Source of the DNA: Tubiluchus corallicola
Lineage: Eukaryota > Animalia > Priapulida
Assembly (NCBI GenBank): GCA_030141605.1
Contig: JAQGDQ010000051.1
Span: 496,001 to 560,000, forward strand
Length of the DNA stretch: 64,000 nucleotides
Direction: 5' to 3'
In this document: positions 1-14,164 of the stretch, piece by piece
Position numbering within the stretch: position 1 is the stretch's first letter
Layout: every line of letters begins with the position of its first letter
The notes under the pieces: model-generated
Database searches by the model: none
What the model saw: the letters and a program-made list of their open reading frames with translations, nothing else
Told to the model about the DNA's origin: nothing
Position numbers and translations under genes: made by a program

Positions 1-1468
1 ATTTATGCTGGCTACCGATTCAGCTACCGTCAAGGGCTGGCTGAGTGCTGTACTTGAAAATACACATAGAGTCCGAACTCATGGAATGGCAGAAATGCTG
101 GTCAGACGGCGATTAGATCTTATTGCTGAACTCGTTCAAGAGTATGGTTTGCAAATTGTGGTAGAACTAGTTAAGTCTGCTGAGAACAAAGCTGACGTGT
201 TAACTCGTGTGCCAAGACAGTGGATGAGCTCTGTTGGATGTGATGGACTGTTGTGCGTCAGTGATCGGATGGGCGACTTGAAAGACGAAGTGCGAAGGAT
301 TCATTCAGTGCATCACTTTGGTGTTGACCGCACTATGGAACTGGTTAACCAGAAGTTGGGAGACGTAACACGAGATGTTGTTCGTGATGTAGTGCAGAAA
401 TGTGATCGCTGTAGTAAAATCGATCCTGCGGTGAATTTTAAGTGGCAAAAAGGGGGCTTTGTGCCAACTCTATTTGGGAGAGGTTGGCAGTTGACATCAC
501 CCATTTTGCTGGAGAACGGTATTTAACTGTCATCGACTCTTTTTCTCGGTTCGCCATATGGCAACATCTGCACAGCGAAGCTGCTGGTGCCGTTGTGTCA
601 GCAATACAAAGTATCTTAGCTGAATTTGGCCCTCCCGATTCTGTATTAACGGATGATGGTCTTGTTTTCAGAAGCTCATATTTTCAACGTCTTTTGCAAG
701 ACTGGGACATACAACATGAACTTTCGTGTGCCTATCGAAGCTGTGGTAATGGCTTGATTGAACGATGTCATCGGACAATAAAGAGGATGGCTGCTCGTTC
801 AGGGCGGTCCATTTTAGAGATGGCTTTTTGGTATAATAATACCACTAGTGATGCTACTAAAAAGGTACCGTATTAAGTTTTGTTTGCAGCTCTGACTAGA
901 CTTCCAAGCATTCGAGACAGACGTGAACTTGTTGAAAGAGAACAGTGTGAAGTGAATTCAGCTCAGGATGTGGATGATTACTCTGACGTTGCTTTGAACC
1001 CGTTTGCAGTTGGGGACCTGGTATATGTAAAAGGACATAACAATGCATGTACGGAGCCGTGGCTTGGTCCTCGGCAAGTAACTAGATTGTTTAATAGTGT
1101 GTCTGTAGAAGTAGATGGTGATGGAGTGCATAGGCATGTGTCACACTTGCGCCATTGTCCTGATGCGTGTGAGGTGCCTGCTGATGTAAAATGTAATGGA
1201 TGTTCGGAAGGCAGAGATTGAATTTGAAAACTGCAAACGTGGTTCTGACATGGGTAATGGTTCTGACATGGGCAATGATGGCGATATGGAAAATCTTGAC
1301 GGCGATGACTATATATGCAATGAACAGGACGGTGTTGATGGAGTAGCTGATGATGATTATAGGGACTATGAAGAAAATGTTGTTGCAGATGGCAACGGTG
1401 GAAATCTTGGTATGCGTTTTCGCCCGCTTGAAACCCTGCATTTGCCTTTGCGTTTCAGGAATAACTAG
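1..1468 (+). mobile_element. Ty3/Gypsy-type LTR retrotransposon pol 3' part (RNase H end, H2C2 zinc finger, integrase core), disrupted
   Basis: The ORF chain 5-526, 442-876, 880-1221 carries NKADVLTR (RNase H end), HSVHHFGVDRT...CDRC (integrase zinc finger), WERLAVDITHF-LTVIDSFSRF-TDDG-NGLIER (DDE core) and WLGP (GPY/F-like). There is a frameshift near the AAAAAGGGGG run at ~447-457 and a stop at 874-876. Confidence 0.9.
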
Positions 1469-1494
1469 TGGTGCACCTGCGGTGCATAGAGAGG

Positions 1495-1702
1495 TGTGAT
1501 TGTTGTGGTCCTTGGCGATTACAGTGAAGTGCAAAATAGAGGCTGAATAGAAAAGAAGATTTCTGGGATTGAGGAGAAGGAAGTCGCGGGAACGTGGTGA
1601 AAGAAATTCTAAAACAATTATTGAACTTGTACTTTGGCTTTTTTTTGGTTTAACGGCAACTATTTTTATCAATAAACTGGAGCTTTGTCAACGACTTAAT
1701 AC
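1495..1702 (+). repeat. Probable 3' LTR of the Gypsy element
   Basis: A short purine tract (AGAGAGG) is followed by TGTGATTG at ~1495, with AATAAA at 1671. The 3' boundary is uncertain and the 5' LTR is outside the window. Confidence 0.45.
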
Positions 1703-2138
1703 CTTTATTTCTTGAAATTTACCTAAAACACGCACGCAAAACTTTGCTTACAAAGGTATAAATGTGACAATATTTTTACACCATTATGTCTCCATAACAA
1801 TTTCCCCTAGGTAGCTGTGTGATACATCAATCACAGCCACCAGGTTTTGATTAAAACTCCTAGTGCTTTTTGGGGTCATTGAACGGAATCCTAGCAAGGC
1901 ACCCTTAATTGCTCCTTAAATAATGAGCATTATTTTTATCATAAATTTTATTCATGTTTGCCCGCATATTTTTCATTTAAATGTGACTACTAACCCATTG
2001 TTTTTTCTTTTTTGTTTGGTTACTTATAATTACGAGGGCTTTTTTTGAGAGGCATGTGTCGTATTTATTGACTATAAAGTTAGTCTACAGTTTTGCAGTC
2101 TAGGAGGTCCGGCTGAGTTCGATACAGCGGCCGGGACA

Positions 2139-4100
2139 TAATAATAATAATAATCTTGTTATTTATCTTGCAACACACGCACAGTTATAATACAATTAAT
2201 TTGGAAACAAAAATGTGAAGAAAGGACAGCGAAAGACTAATTGGTCAGCTGCCCTTTGGTTAGTGATGAACATTTTTATAGCGCTATGCTACAGTGTATT
2301 AGTGTTGGTACTGCTTATAATAAAAATTTAATTGTTACAAATGACATTAAATTGATATGCTTATAACGTGTTATTACAAGTCATACACAGTAATAATAAG
2401 TGCATAATAAAAAAATCAAACAAGAACTGAAATAAAAATCTGACAACAGAAACATAATAACAATGGAAACTGAAATATATTTTATAACACAAGCATAATT
2501 CTTAGACATAAGCAAGCGAATGTATAATGGAGTCATTAAAAAATTACAGAGCGATTTTTGATGATCTGAGGTAAAATAAATTGGCAGATGGTTAAAGCAC
2601 AAAAAAATTACCTGTATGACTTGTAATTGTGGAGGAGATTGACAATTGGAGTCCAGACTTTGAAAATGATCTACAGAAGTTAGACAATAAACAATTAAAT
2701 ATTGAAGTTAATTGAACCTGCAATAACAGTGTTACAGTAATTGCCCTTGCACGCAGTTAGACAATTTATTATAGTGGAAAAAAGAAATAAAAGTTGTTGG
2801 AAAATACTGTACGCTTATATGTAGTTGATCTCAGTAATAAGTTTGCAAGAGTTGATATTTATATAATTTACTCAAGTGACAGATACTAGTTGATTGCTTA
2901 AGATCATCTGAAAGAGTATTCCATAGAATTGTACCATTGTATTTTATAGTTTCTAGACATTTTGTTGTGTTAAATTTTTCCTGAAACAATAGTTTTGTTA
3001 GGTAGCTGTTCTCGTAGAATACTGGTGAACGTCACTAATCTTTCTGAAATAATTGCCGTATAATTTAGGTAGATTACCCTTTTTATAGTTGAACATGAAG
3101 TTCGTTAACTCAAGCTTGTAAATTTCATTAATTTTTAATAATTGCAAAGCATAATAAGAAGGGGTAGCGTGATCTCGGAACCCAGCAAAAGTCATTGTTT
3201 TGATAATTTTGTTATGTGCTGCTGTAAGTGGTTTTAGTTTTTGCTGTGGCCCACGACAAGATACAATAGTTAATGTGTGGGTACACAACGGCAAAGTAAA
3301 TCATTTTTAGGATATCCGTGCTCAAGTAATGCCTCAATTTAAAAAATATACCTGTAACTTTGCTTCCTTTGTAGGCAATATTTTTTATGCATGTTGACCA
3401 ATTAAGGGTGTCATCTATGTAGTCCCCAGATATTTTATGTCTGATACTTGTTCTAATAAACAGTCTTGCATGGATACTGTTATAATGGAGTTTTCATTGT
3501 TTTCAAATTTATTTCTTGATCATAAATTTTGTTTTATTATAGTTTACTGTTAACTTATTTGTACGCATCCATGTGTTAATTTTGATCAGTTCTTCATTAC
3601 TCCTAAGCTCAAGATGTCTGCTAAGAAGAGGTTAGTGTCATCAGCAAAAAGTCGTGTTTGCATGTTAGTACAAAGAGGGAGGTCATTTGTATATATCAGG
3701 AAAAGAACTGGACCCAAGGTGGGTCCTTGAGGTACACCACATTGTATTGGGCATAGGCTGGAGGCAAAATTGTCAACTACCGCAAATTGGTGTCTGTTCA
3801 TAAGATATGACTGGAATAGTTATTGCGCGATTCCACGGATGCCATAATAGTCCATTTTGTTGAGTAAAATGTCATGTTGAACTGTGTTAAATGCTTTTGT
3901 TAAATCAAGAAAGATGCCGCAGCTAAGTAATTTATTGTTAAGGTTTGTCAGAAGATTGTCTATGATTTCAGCAGTGGCTAATATTCTGGAATGATTTTTG
4001 CAGAAACCGAACTGAAAACACGATATTGTATCGTTTTTGATTAAATATGTCATCAGGTGTTTATGTAAGATTGACTCAAAAATTTTGGCAATGACATACC
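2139..4100 (-). mobile_element. Degenerate 5'-truncated non-LTR retrotransposon (CR1/L2-like reverse transcriptase and 3' tail)
   Basis: Minus-strand ORFs contain GIFLDLTKAFNTVQHDILLNKMDYYGIRG, GVPQGPTLGPVLFLIYTNDLP, LFADDT and LLKINEIYKLEL..HQYSTR. An (ATT)n-type tail lies at 2139-2154, and there are multiple stops and frameshifts. Confidence 0.85.
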
Positions 4101-4539
4101 AAATACATACTTTAAAAATATTACCTGATATTGCCGTTGCCTGGCGCATTGTATTTAGAGTAAAAGTGGGGTAATAATAGTCTCTGTTATGCAAGTGTAG
4201 ATTTGTTATTTACAGTAGGCGAAAAAAATTCTTTGACCTTATGTTAATTGTTAATCCAAAAGCCGACTTTAAATAATAATATTAATTATTATTATTATTA
4301 TTATTTATAACTGTTATTCAGAAATTTTTTTCTTGGAATAGCATGTTTTCTATTTTACCCGTGGTATTTCTAAACAAATGTAAATTAACCAGTTAATTAG
4401 CGACGAAATAATCGTTTACAGAAACCAACATTTAATTGCAATTTCGCAAAATTTAATTATTATTTGTGCACTCTACCAATTTTATGCTCGTACATTGATT
4501 TTTTGTTAGAGAAACTGTTAAATATGATCTATTCTTCGT

Positions 4540-4870
4540 TACCATAGTTTGCTTCATCGTCAATGGCGGCGCCGCGATCAGTCGTTAATTCGCAGTTTGG
4601 GAACAGCAAAACTTGGGCAAACGTAAATTGCGCTAGTTATTGTTTATGTAAGATGAGCTTGTGCGTGGATGCTATTTTTGACTCTAAAGATAAGCTAAGA
4701 AGCTAGACAAACGGCTTTCGTTAGTGGGTCTCATTCGCAGTTTTGCCTGACGCATTTCATATTACGTAGGTCGAAGCTTCGCTGGCTATATTTAACGGCA
4801 AATTTCTGCTTTACTGTTTTCAATTTTTTATACACTAATCGTATGTGTCGTGTTGCTCGCTGAGAAATTT
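4540..4870 (+). promoter_or_regulatory. Candidate promoter / non-coding first exon region of the FHOD gene
   Basis: Local CpG enrichment in an AT-rich background, a CAATGGCGGCG (YY1-like) motif at ~4561 and a possible donor GTAAGA at 4648. The ATG exon has its own acceptor (TTATAG 5731-5736), which implies an upstream exon. Confidence 0.35.
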
Positions 4871-5768
4871 TAACTAAAGGAAATTACAGTTCGCAGTCTG
4901 TTTTGCTAGATAAATGAACAGCCATTTTTTATTAAATGCTGATGAATTACGATTGAATCAACGACTATTTTCGTGTTTAACATGGGGTAGATGTAGATTC
5001 CGAAGTGTTTGTTCTAGAGCTGTGAATTACTTTGTGTTGCATTCGCAGTAGTGTTAGAAATACATGTTTTTTAATGGTGCACACTTAACATTTATTGGCA
5101 CCTAATCTGGTTTGGATTTTGTACAAAAATACGAATTTCGTTTGATTTGGCAATGCAATGGCCAGACAGCTTTATTTACCATAAGCGTTTAACCAAACAT
5201 ATTGTTGATAATGTTGGTTGGACTTTGATAAGGCGTACGTGATATGAGCGTATAATATTTTTCAAAATTTTAAGGTCCATAAACGTGAAATTCACAATAA
5301 TTACTTGGAAGACCCATTACGATGTAAAATTATCTGGAATTTTTATTTATTTTTTCTAAAAAAAAGAGGAGTTCCAGAACTGAAATGTTTTGCTAGTACC
5401 TACTGCCTGTATTATCTAATCCACATAATCTGCTGACGAATATTAGCTGAATGCAACAAAAGTATCGTACTATGATGATTTTGACTTGTGATTCGATTTT
5501 AAATTGTGCCATCATCATTATAATAGTAGTAACGATTTTCGTTAAACACTTTAATCAAATTATAGACATATGTTGGTTAAATGCTAGTGCAACAGGATTA
5601 GTGACAGCAGCAAAATAAGCCTGCTATTGTACTTGTGGTTTCATTATTATAGACATAGCTTATAGTATATAAGTTATTATAGCCCTGTACTGCCGTCACT
5701 GTCACAGTTGTGTTCTTTAATACTTTACCATTATAGGTTTATAACTGTGCGATAAAACATCACCAATC

Positions 5769-5930
5769 ATGGCTTTTTCTTGCAAAGTGCAGTATATTGA
5801 TGATATAGATCCATTTTCGAGTGCTAACTTTCCAGAACCCATTCATCCTCCAACATACACATTTGTGCGAGATATACCTCTCATTAACCAAATAGCTGGT
5901 TTACGAAAATTTCTCAGAGCACCTCACAAG
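5769..5930 (+). CDS. FHOD: FHOD coding exon 1 (GBD start)
   Basis: MAFSCKVQYIDDIDPFSSANFPEP...LRAPHK; donor AAG|GTAATC, phase 0. Confidence 0.9.
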
Positions 5931-8900
5931 GTAATCTCAAATTATTTTGATACTGTAACTTGTTATAGAAGCAGCACTGAAGGCATAATATGATTGAGTA
6001 TCAAAATGTAGTTTAGACATTGCTGACAACCATATCATATATAAAAACTGACGAAAAGCTTTGTACAGGCAAAAATAAGCTGCTTTAGTTTTGGCTTGAC
6101 ATCACTACAGTTAATTGGTATCTCCAATGTATTTAAGAAAGCACACATGTATGCAGTAAAACACATAAAGTACTACAGTATGAAAATTTTTCGCTGAGTG
6201 TATAGAAATTACAGCAGACTACACATCATAGAAGGCCAAAAGATAAAGTTGGAATACACCAAGTAGGAGGCAGTCAATTTACTTAATAAACTGTAGCTGC
6301 ATAAGAGCCATGAGTCCATTCCTGTCAGGTCTTGTTTCATGGGGTTGAATGAGCACTATAAGTGTGACAAGTACTCCCGAGAATCAAATCTATGATCTGT
6401 AAGTAAATATTATTATTATGATTGTTTAATTAGCTACTATCAGTTAGTACACGAGTAATATAGGTAATATTAACCGTTACAGCGAAATTTTATAGATACT
6501 ATATTTAATCTAGATTAGGTGTTACAGAATTACTATAAATTTTTGACGTAATTTTCCAACATGTTTGCAACGTTCTAGTTAAATTTTATGAAAGCTGTAT
6601 TTAATCTAGATTAGAAGTTACTGAATCACTATAAATTTTTTTCTTTAATTTTTGAGCATTTTTACAACTGTAATAATTGTTTTAGTATTACTATTGTATC
6701 TCACAAAAACATTTCAGATAAAGCCATATTACTTATTTGAGCCTACAATTTCTCAAACACACTTTAGTTAAGACTTGCGCACAGCTTATGGTTTTTTAAC
6801 TCATGCAATGGACCAAAGAATGCAATAAGTTTCAGTTTTTCCTATCGAACCTCACAGCAGTGTCAGCGAAAATGCAGAGGGCTGATGCAGAACAGGGTGT
6901 TGCTAAATGTGCAGACTAAAATGCGAAAAGGATACAAACTTTAGCCCTACTTCAAAATATTAAGGGATTTACTTGCTTAATGATTAAAATTCAACAAAAT
7001 TTTATTATATTTGCACTAATTATTATAAATTTACAAATGACAAATTCATTACTTCTGATAAATGTTATTTTTTCCTTCTTTATTCAGTTCTGTTGTATAT
7101 CTTAAAGTAAACATTCCATAGACTCACTTTTTTGATGCTAACAAACTATAAATCAGCAATATTGAAGAAAAAACTTTGACTAAGCATTATTACGAATATC
7201 TATTGCTATTTAGTGTACTACAATGTACATATCTAAGCAGTTCTGTCTAACGTAGAATCTCAAACTTGTCAACTTGCTGACATTAGTGGCACCACACTTC
7301 GTAGTATGTTTACTCAGTCATTGAAAAGTCATTAAATGATAATGGACAAAATCAAAAGATATTTATTTCGCTCGTTTAGCAGATAAAGTACAAAAGCCAC
7401 TAATGGCCAAACTCAGAAAACACAATCATTCCTCTCCGTACACAGTTATTTTCTTGGTGGTCATACATATATCAGCAGGCCTAAACTGTTTTCTTACAAT
7501 TTTATCTTTTGGAAAATGTAAAAATTTTCACTCTTTTAAGTGGCACAAGGCAGCCCAATTAGCTAGACATTTAACAAGCAGGAATGGCCATGAAGCAGCA
7601 AATTTAACCACACTGCAATAATAAAACAGCGCTGTGTGAGATACCAATGATATCACACTAAAACTTTTGCTTGATGCACCTCATTAGTCATTACTAAAAT
7701 TTTTCGCCTGCAGCATATAGTGGATTGAAGTATTTGAGGACAAAAATGAGGTTCTTCCTTAACATTAAAAATGCCTTCAGTGCTGCTTTAGCACAAGTGT
7801 ATAAATCCTAATTTTTAACATACGTTAAGTAGTTTTTTGAAGCTAATTGAAAATAAGTTGTAATTCGAATTACTGGAGTTTACAAATGACAGAACCGATG
7901 ATGGTAGATCAGGTGCATAATTGTGTCGATTTCATTTTGATTTTTACCACTCGTTGTTGTTAGCTTGTACAGTGAAACAATGTTTGTGCTTTCTGAAGTT
8001 AACTCACTGTCAGTCTGGCGATTATTCATAGTACTAAATGATGGTTCTGACTAAACGTGTAGCATTTGCCAGAATTTTAAGAAAGTTAATTCATTTGTTG
8101 AACTATGATGCGATGTCGACACCTCCAGTTTTAAACAACATTTTAGTTAGCCTGATAAATGTTATACATATTTAATACAGACATGCATAGCACCTACATT
8201 ACACTGGTTAGGTTTATATAACACTTTTTTAGTTAGCTCAATAATAACTTCAGTTGTTTGCAGAGTCTTAAAACTTCTTCAGAATTTTTAATTAATGTGT
8301 TTTAAAGTTTTGCATTCATTCAGCACTAGCATGCATAAATTAATTGAAGCAGCTGCTGTAGTACGCCGGCTTAGCTGTAGTGCTGTAGACTGAAAGCTGA
8401 TAATGTAACTTAAATTGAAAAGCCGCATCTGAAAGATTTAATGTGCTGCTCAAGTGGTGGCGATATCCACATCTGTCAAAAGGGAGCTTTATATTTTATC
8501 ATAGGGAATTTTAGAGTGGCAGACTCTACATAATCCCTAAAAATCATTTTTAAGGGTAACTATTATCTTATAATATATATTTAATTATTTATTTAGGAAC
8601 ATGAGTGCAAAAAAGTAAAAAAGTGCAAAAAGAGCACAAGTGTATTTACAACATTAAACCTTCACAAGCATGCCAGGGCCAGCAGCAGGGAACTTCTTCT
8701 CCAAACAGTAAGCTGCCTGCTGGCCCACACTAGAGAAGTGAACAGGAGAATTTGTGACTATAAACGATCAGTAAAACAAGATAAAATGTAGAAAAATCAG
8801 ATATAAAATACAAAGAAATCAGATAAAAAACACACTGATAAAAAATAAACTGATGTAGAAACTGTAAGAAAACCATTGAGTAAAATCATTGTGCAAGTAC

Positions 8901-10539
8901 AAAAATGTTAAAATAATAGCTTATTGTAGTACTAGTACTTAAACGACAAGAAAAGGGGTACCTGAAGTAGGTTTCAGAAAAATCTCCTTAAAAAGTTATA
9001 TATTTTAATCTCATTGACAAAGATTCGGTAATTTAAAATTTTACTTAGTTAGTGATGTGTGCACTACGAATGCTCTGATTATTTTTTCAAACTTTACTCA
9101 ATGTTATCTAAACTTGTTTCAAATGACTTATCGTCAAAATGGCTGCATCTAATGGTCATCGTGTAAGTTCGTGTTTATACAGCGTTACTGCCGACGCATG
9201 TCCTGTATGCAAAAGGCAGTATGTAAGTGGTATAAAATTTCAAGATGAATTTTTTAAGCTTCATGTAAGTGGAGGATTTTTTGTACTTTAAGTGAATACG
9301 TATTTGTCGTTCAGATAATGATTTACAACTTTGCATTCAACTCTGACAATGTTCCTGCTTCTTTTATGCTAGAAAACTCAGAAACCGATTAAAGAAAGAT
9401 GCCCATAAACAAATTGTATGGTTGCTGTTAAGTAACAGGTAGTCCAAAAAATATGAGGTTCTGGAGAAGGTCCAGCTATGGTCAGGAAAAATGGTTGTTG
9501 AGTGCTTTTAACCAAAATAACATGGAGAATAAATGTCTGTGCCTTTTAATGATGTTCAGTCATGTGCAAATCAGACTACCTTTTTTGATATTTTGTTTGC
9601 GATAAAAGGATTATGTACTGTGAATGGTCCCTATTGTGATTACTCTTCTACAATTTTTCATAAAGCAGCAAGGTGTTTGAGCCAGAAGATCAATGGCATG
9701 GACCTATGTAATTATTTTACTTCTGGGAAGTGTGCACTTGAAAAACGAACAGGCTCTAAGACTTGGTTTACATTAATTTCATACATTTCAATTAAAACAG
9801 CTTGAAACTTTAACAAATAAAAAAGAAACATATTTTGTAATTTAGATGCTAAAAAGTAGTTTTATGAAAAGTAAATTTTATGAAAAAAAATAAAACCTTG
9901 ACATATTTATGTAAATTATAAACCTTCATATATAGTTGACATAGGAAAGAAATACACAGTCTTGTTTTGTGTATTCACCACATTTTAGAATATGGAAAAC
10001 TCCACATATAGCAAATTCTAAAATGAAATTAGAGAAACATATGTAGAATAGAAATTAGCAAGTTGGGCAATGCAAATTAATTAAACAATTATATTAAAAC
10101 TGGAATAGAAGTACCGACATAAGCTTATGAAGTAGGTTTAAAAATAAGTGAATTGAAATAGATAAATTCCAAAAAATAAATGAGTAAATTAACAGGATGA
10201 ATTCCAGACTATGCCTAAATTGATCTATGGTTTTATATAAAACAGTTGGTTTTAGCAGATGATACTAAATTGTATATTTTCTCTTTCTTCATCTGCTATA
10301 TACAGTATTATAGGTGCTAACAATTTGTGTAAGTATACCAAGGTTTTGCTTTCATTATGTAGCAGCGAATTCATTGTTTAGACTTTATGCAACATCATAA
10401 ACCTGGAAGCCTCAAAATGTTTGCACTAAATTTATTTATTTTAATTATTTAGGGAAAATTAATGAAGAATTGGTAATTTCACAACAATTGCTTTTTTACT
10501 CCAAGGTTTTTTCTTCTGTTGCTCTAAACTTCTTTTTAG

Positions 10540-12730
10540 GCATTGAGTCTTTCCTTTATTAATCTAACAAGTACCTCATTGTTTCCTATCTGCAGTTGAA
10601 GTTTTCAACTCCTGTGATGCTGTTGTTAAGTTTGGTCTCAGCTATTGTAAATCGTATATATGAATTTCGCTGGTATATATATATATATAAGATTCGAGGC
10701 TACAGCTCGGACGACGGCACCATTTGCAGCGATCAATATATCGAACGAAGGTCTCGATTTAGTGTCGTGCCATTGGGGGTTTATTTTTCGAATCGGGCCC
10801 ACCGGGACGAACGGGGGGCCAAAAACCTCCAAAAATGGCCATTTTCGGCCGTTTTTTGCAAAACTTATACCTCTTATTTTTGGAGAACGGGAATGGGCCA
10901 TGGGTGTATGGCCCGTTCAGCAGTGGGTGTAGTAGGCGTATTTAGAATTCGCGAGAGGGCCACAGCGTCCCGCAACAGGCATTTTCCCGGGCCGAACTCG
11001 TGATTTTTTCGAAATTTTGGTCAAACTACCTGTAGAAAAAACGTTCTAGCGGAGCCTGGTGGGAACAACAGGGCTACACAATGATGTAGGCTATATTTTA
11101 GGACACGTCTACCAAGAGGAGTACCGACGAGTTGATTAGATGTTCTATTTTTGGCAATTTTCGCTTGGAAAACTGCTGACGCAAAGCCATTGTTCTGACA
11201 TCATCCATTATGCTCTGCTTGTAACGTTAATTCAGTAAAAGCTGCTGTTGACTTTGCGTTAGATAAATCAACGAACACTAGGTAAAAAGTTTGCGCATTG
11301 TTGATTATAAGTGTATTTATACGCAAAATTTTTTGCAGGGCCTTTGCTAGTCTATATATTAATTTCGGTGGTATATATATATATATATATATATATAAGA
11401 TTCGAGGCTACAGCTCGGATGACGGCACTGGGAAATGGCGATTTTTCGGCCGTTTTTTGCATAAAATTGCAAAACTTATACGTCTTATTTCTAGAGAACG
11501 GAAACGGGCTTGGGGTGGTGCTGGCCATGGATAGATAGCCCGTTCAACTGTGGGTGTAGTAGGTGTATTTAGATTTCGCGAGAGGCTCACGGCATCCCAT
11601 AACGGGTGTTTTCCCGAACCCAACTCACAATTTTTCCGAAATTTTGGCCAAACTGCCTGTAGAAAAAGTGCTCTAGCGGCATTCAGTGGGACTCTTGGAA
11701 GGAGATATATGGCTCTTTAGAAAGAGAAATAACAGGGCTACAGGATGATGTGGGCTATATTTTAGGGCTGGTCCATCAAGAGGAGTGGTGACGAGTTAAT
11801 TAGATGTTCCTTTTTCGGCAATTTTCGCTTAGAAAACCGCTGACGCAAATCCATTGTTGTGACGTCATCCATTATATTCTGCCTATAACATTATAACTTT
11901 AATTCATTAAAAGCTGGTGCTGCTAGTTTTGCGTTATAAATGAGGACTGTGTAGGACATTCGCTTATTATTGATTATAAGTGTATTATACACAAATAATG
12001 TATATTGATTATACACAAATTTTTTTGCGGGGCCTTTCCTAGTCTTTATTAATTCTTGATATCCAAGTTCTTTTTTGTTTGCTTGGAGATCGTTTAGCAA
12101 TTTCAGTGCCTCATTTAATGCTAACCTTATTGATCTTATTTCTGGCAATCTCGTTAAGTGTGCCAGCTATCTTAGCATTCTGATTCTAACTTTTGTACTC
12201 CAAAATCTTTTTTTTGTTTTGTTATACAGCTGCTCATTTGAAATGGAACCATATACCATTCTATTTTTAAGATTTTTCTGAGTGGACCTCTCAGAACACA
12301 TCTGTTTCTGTTTCCTGAATTGCTGTCAAACCCCGCATTTCACTATTGTACATGAAGGTACTTATTACATATGTATTAAAGAGTCGAAGCCCAATTTTGA
12401 GGGATAGTTTCTTGCGGGTTAGAACTGATTTATTTTGATTAAAACTGTACTTTTCCCACTGTTTTTCCTATATTTCGTATCATCTTCTGTGTTAAGTAGC
12501 GATCCAATATATTTATAACATTTTCAGGATTGATCTCCATCCCTTCAAATGTTATATTCTTCAGTTTTCATGCTGTGACTTTGAGGTTTCTTTTTTTCTA
12601 GTAATTATGCTATTCTTTTTTAATGTTATCTGTATGGAATTTTGAAACACTAATCCACCCAATGTCATTAGTGTATTGTTGGTCTATTGGGAATGGCTTA
12701 TAGGAATCTGGTGCAACAATGTCAATGTCA
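10540..12730 (-). mobile_element. Degenerate LINE 3' fragment (RTE-like), interrupted by the Helitron pair
   Basis: Minus strand reads QQYTNDIGW (decayed YADD) near 12660-12680 and RLALNEALK near 12110-12130. It resumes below 10651 and is collinear with 24100-24420. Confidence 0.65.
10652..12042 (+). mobile_element. Head-to-tail pair of non-autonomous Helitron-like elements (10652-11350 and 11351-12042)
   Basis: Each ~0.7 kb copy starts with TC and ends with CTAG. Copy 1 has a GCAAAA-TT-TTTTGC hairpin just before its end. The pair is inserted at A|T with no target-site duplication. Confidence 0.8.
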
Positions 12731-12829
12731 TCATATGCCTATCACTTCTATTGTACACATTTGGCAGGCATAAATCTAAAGTAAAATAATCTTGCCCTCA
12801 AGAAAATTAAACACAGCAGTAATCTAACA

Positions 12830-13840
12830 AAAAACTAGACACTCCTATGCCATTGGCTTCTCAGTGCCACTTCCAAACCTCACTGTCAGTATCATGATCA
12901 CCCAATGAATCATATGCCCAGGTACATGATTCTGTTCACCTCCCTGTGCCAGGACTCCCTACTCACTGCAATGCCCCAAGCGCATTTATTTCTAAGGATC
13001 AGTGCTGAAGTGTTTAAATCTTTCTGTGCAAAGTCTAAATATGTTAACATTTGTCCTCCTGCAGGTTTTTTAGCTGGTTCTATGGCTTTTTGAAGAGCTA
13101 TCTTTACTGGAATATCATCTGGTAGTCTAAAAATATGCCCATATCTTAAACAGCGTCTTTTTATTTTTCCTGTCCAAGGTTCTTTTATTTTTTCATATAG
13201 ATCTTTGGCCATCTGATACCCAAAATGTTTATGTAATTTCGCCTTTGAAACGCATCGATTACAGCTTTATGATTAGCTTTTAATGTCCAGAGCTCAGAGT
13301 TGTACAGAAATGCAGTTTCAACTAAGGCTGAGAATATTCTTATTTTTTTCCAAAGAAATCTTCCTATTTTCAAAAACTTTTGAGTTTCAATGAAGCTGAT
13401 AATGCCATTATCTTCCGTCTTGATATGTCATCTTCTGTTTCTAGCAAACTACCGAGATACTTGCATTTTTGCCATGATTCCTCACCATGGCATGTTATGT
13501 GAAACTCTTCGGTTTTATTTTTGTTTGCTACGAGATCCATTCTTTTCAGTTTCTCTTCTATTGAGTTATTATTTCATCGATTTCTTCTTTGTTTCTTGTA
13601 ATCCACATCATCAGCATATTGCATAGATATAGTAGTTGACATACTTTGTAGAGAGCTGTAACTGTGTTCTTGTCTTACTTCATTTGGTATTAATTCAGGA
13701 TCAAGAATTGTATAGTTGATCTTCTAGGTCTTTTAATGGCATAACTTTGTCCTTAGCGAGAGCTATGACAAGATATAAAGTAAAAAGTACGGAGCTTTGG
13801 CAGTCACCCTGATGTTCTCCTTTGTTTGTAGAAAATGTCA
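12830..13840 (-). mobile_element. Second degenerate RTE-like LINE fragment
   Basis: Minus strand reads HQGDCQSSVLFTLYL (~13770-13820), QYADD (~13605-13622), FLYNSELWTL...IDAFQRR and RCLRYGHIFRLPDDIPVKIAL. Confidence 0.75.
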
Positions 13841-14164
13841 ATGTCAGCAATTATTTCTTTTCAGCAATATGCAAGATCTTCCCAAAAAAATAAAACGCAA
13901 AAGTAGCAAAAAATTTGTACAAGTAATAAAAGTAATCAGATTATAAGAGCGCAACATAGTAAATTGAAAAGGCGAAAACATACTCAGTTTACAAAAACCA
14001 TTTATTAACATCAAAATTATAAATTGTGCTCTTTTTTATTTGGTACAGTATCAGGTTTAAGTTTAAAGTACTGAAAGCTGTCAGATTTATCAAATGAAAA
14101 AATTCTTGATACATGATATTCTTTTCGTTTTTCTCTTTATACATGCATTCTTGTTTTTTTTCAG

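Noticed and set aside
440-460. Programmed -1 frameshift in Gypsy pol
   Set aside because: It falls inside integrase at a homopolymer run and a further stop follows at 874, so decay or a sequencing error is more likely.
1091-1672. 193-aa antisense hydrophobic ORF (env-like?)
   Set aside because: It is the shadow of the Asp-rich plus-strand tail and the LTR, starts at a non-ATG codon, and has no recognisable motif.
10596-11623. Cluster of short overlapping ORFs
   Set aside because: They fall in the GC-richer Helitron copies, run through (TA)n tracts, and frames are not conserved between the copies.
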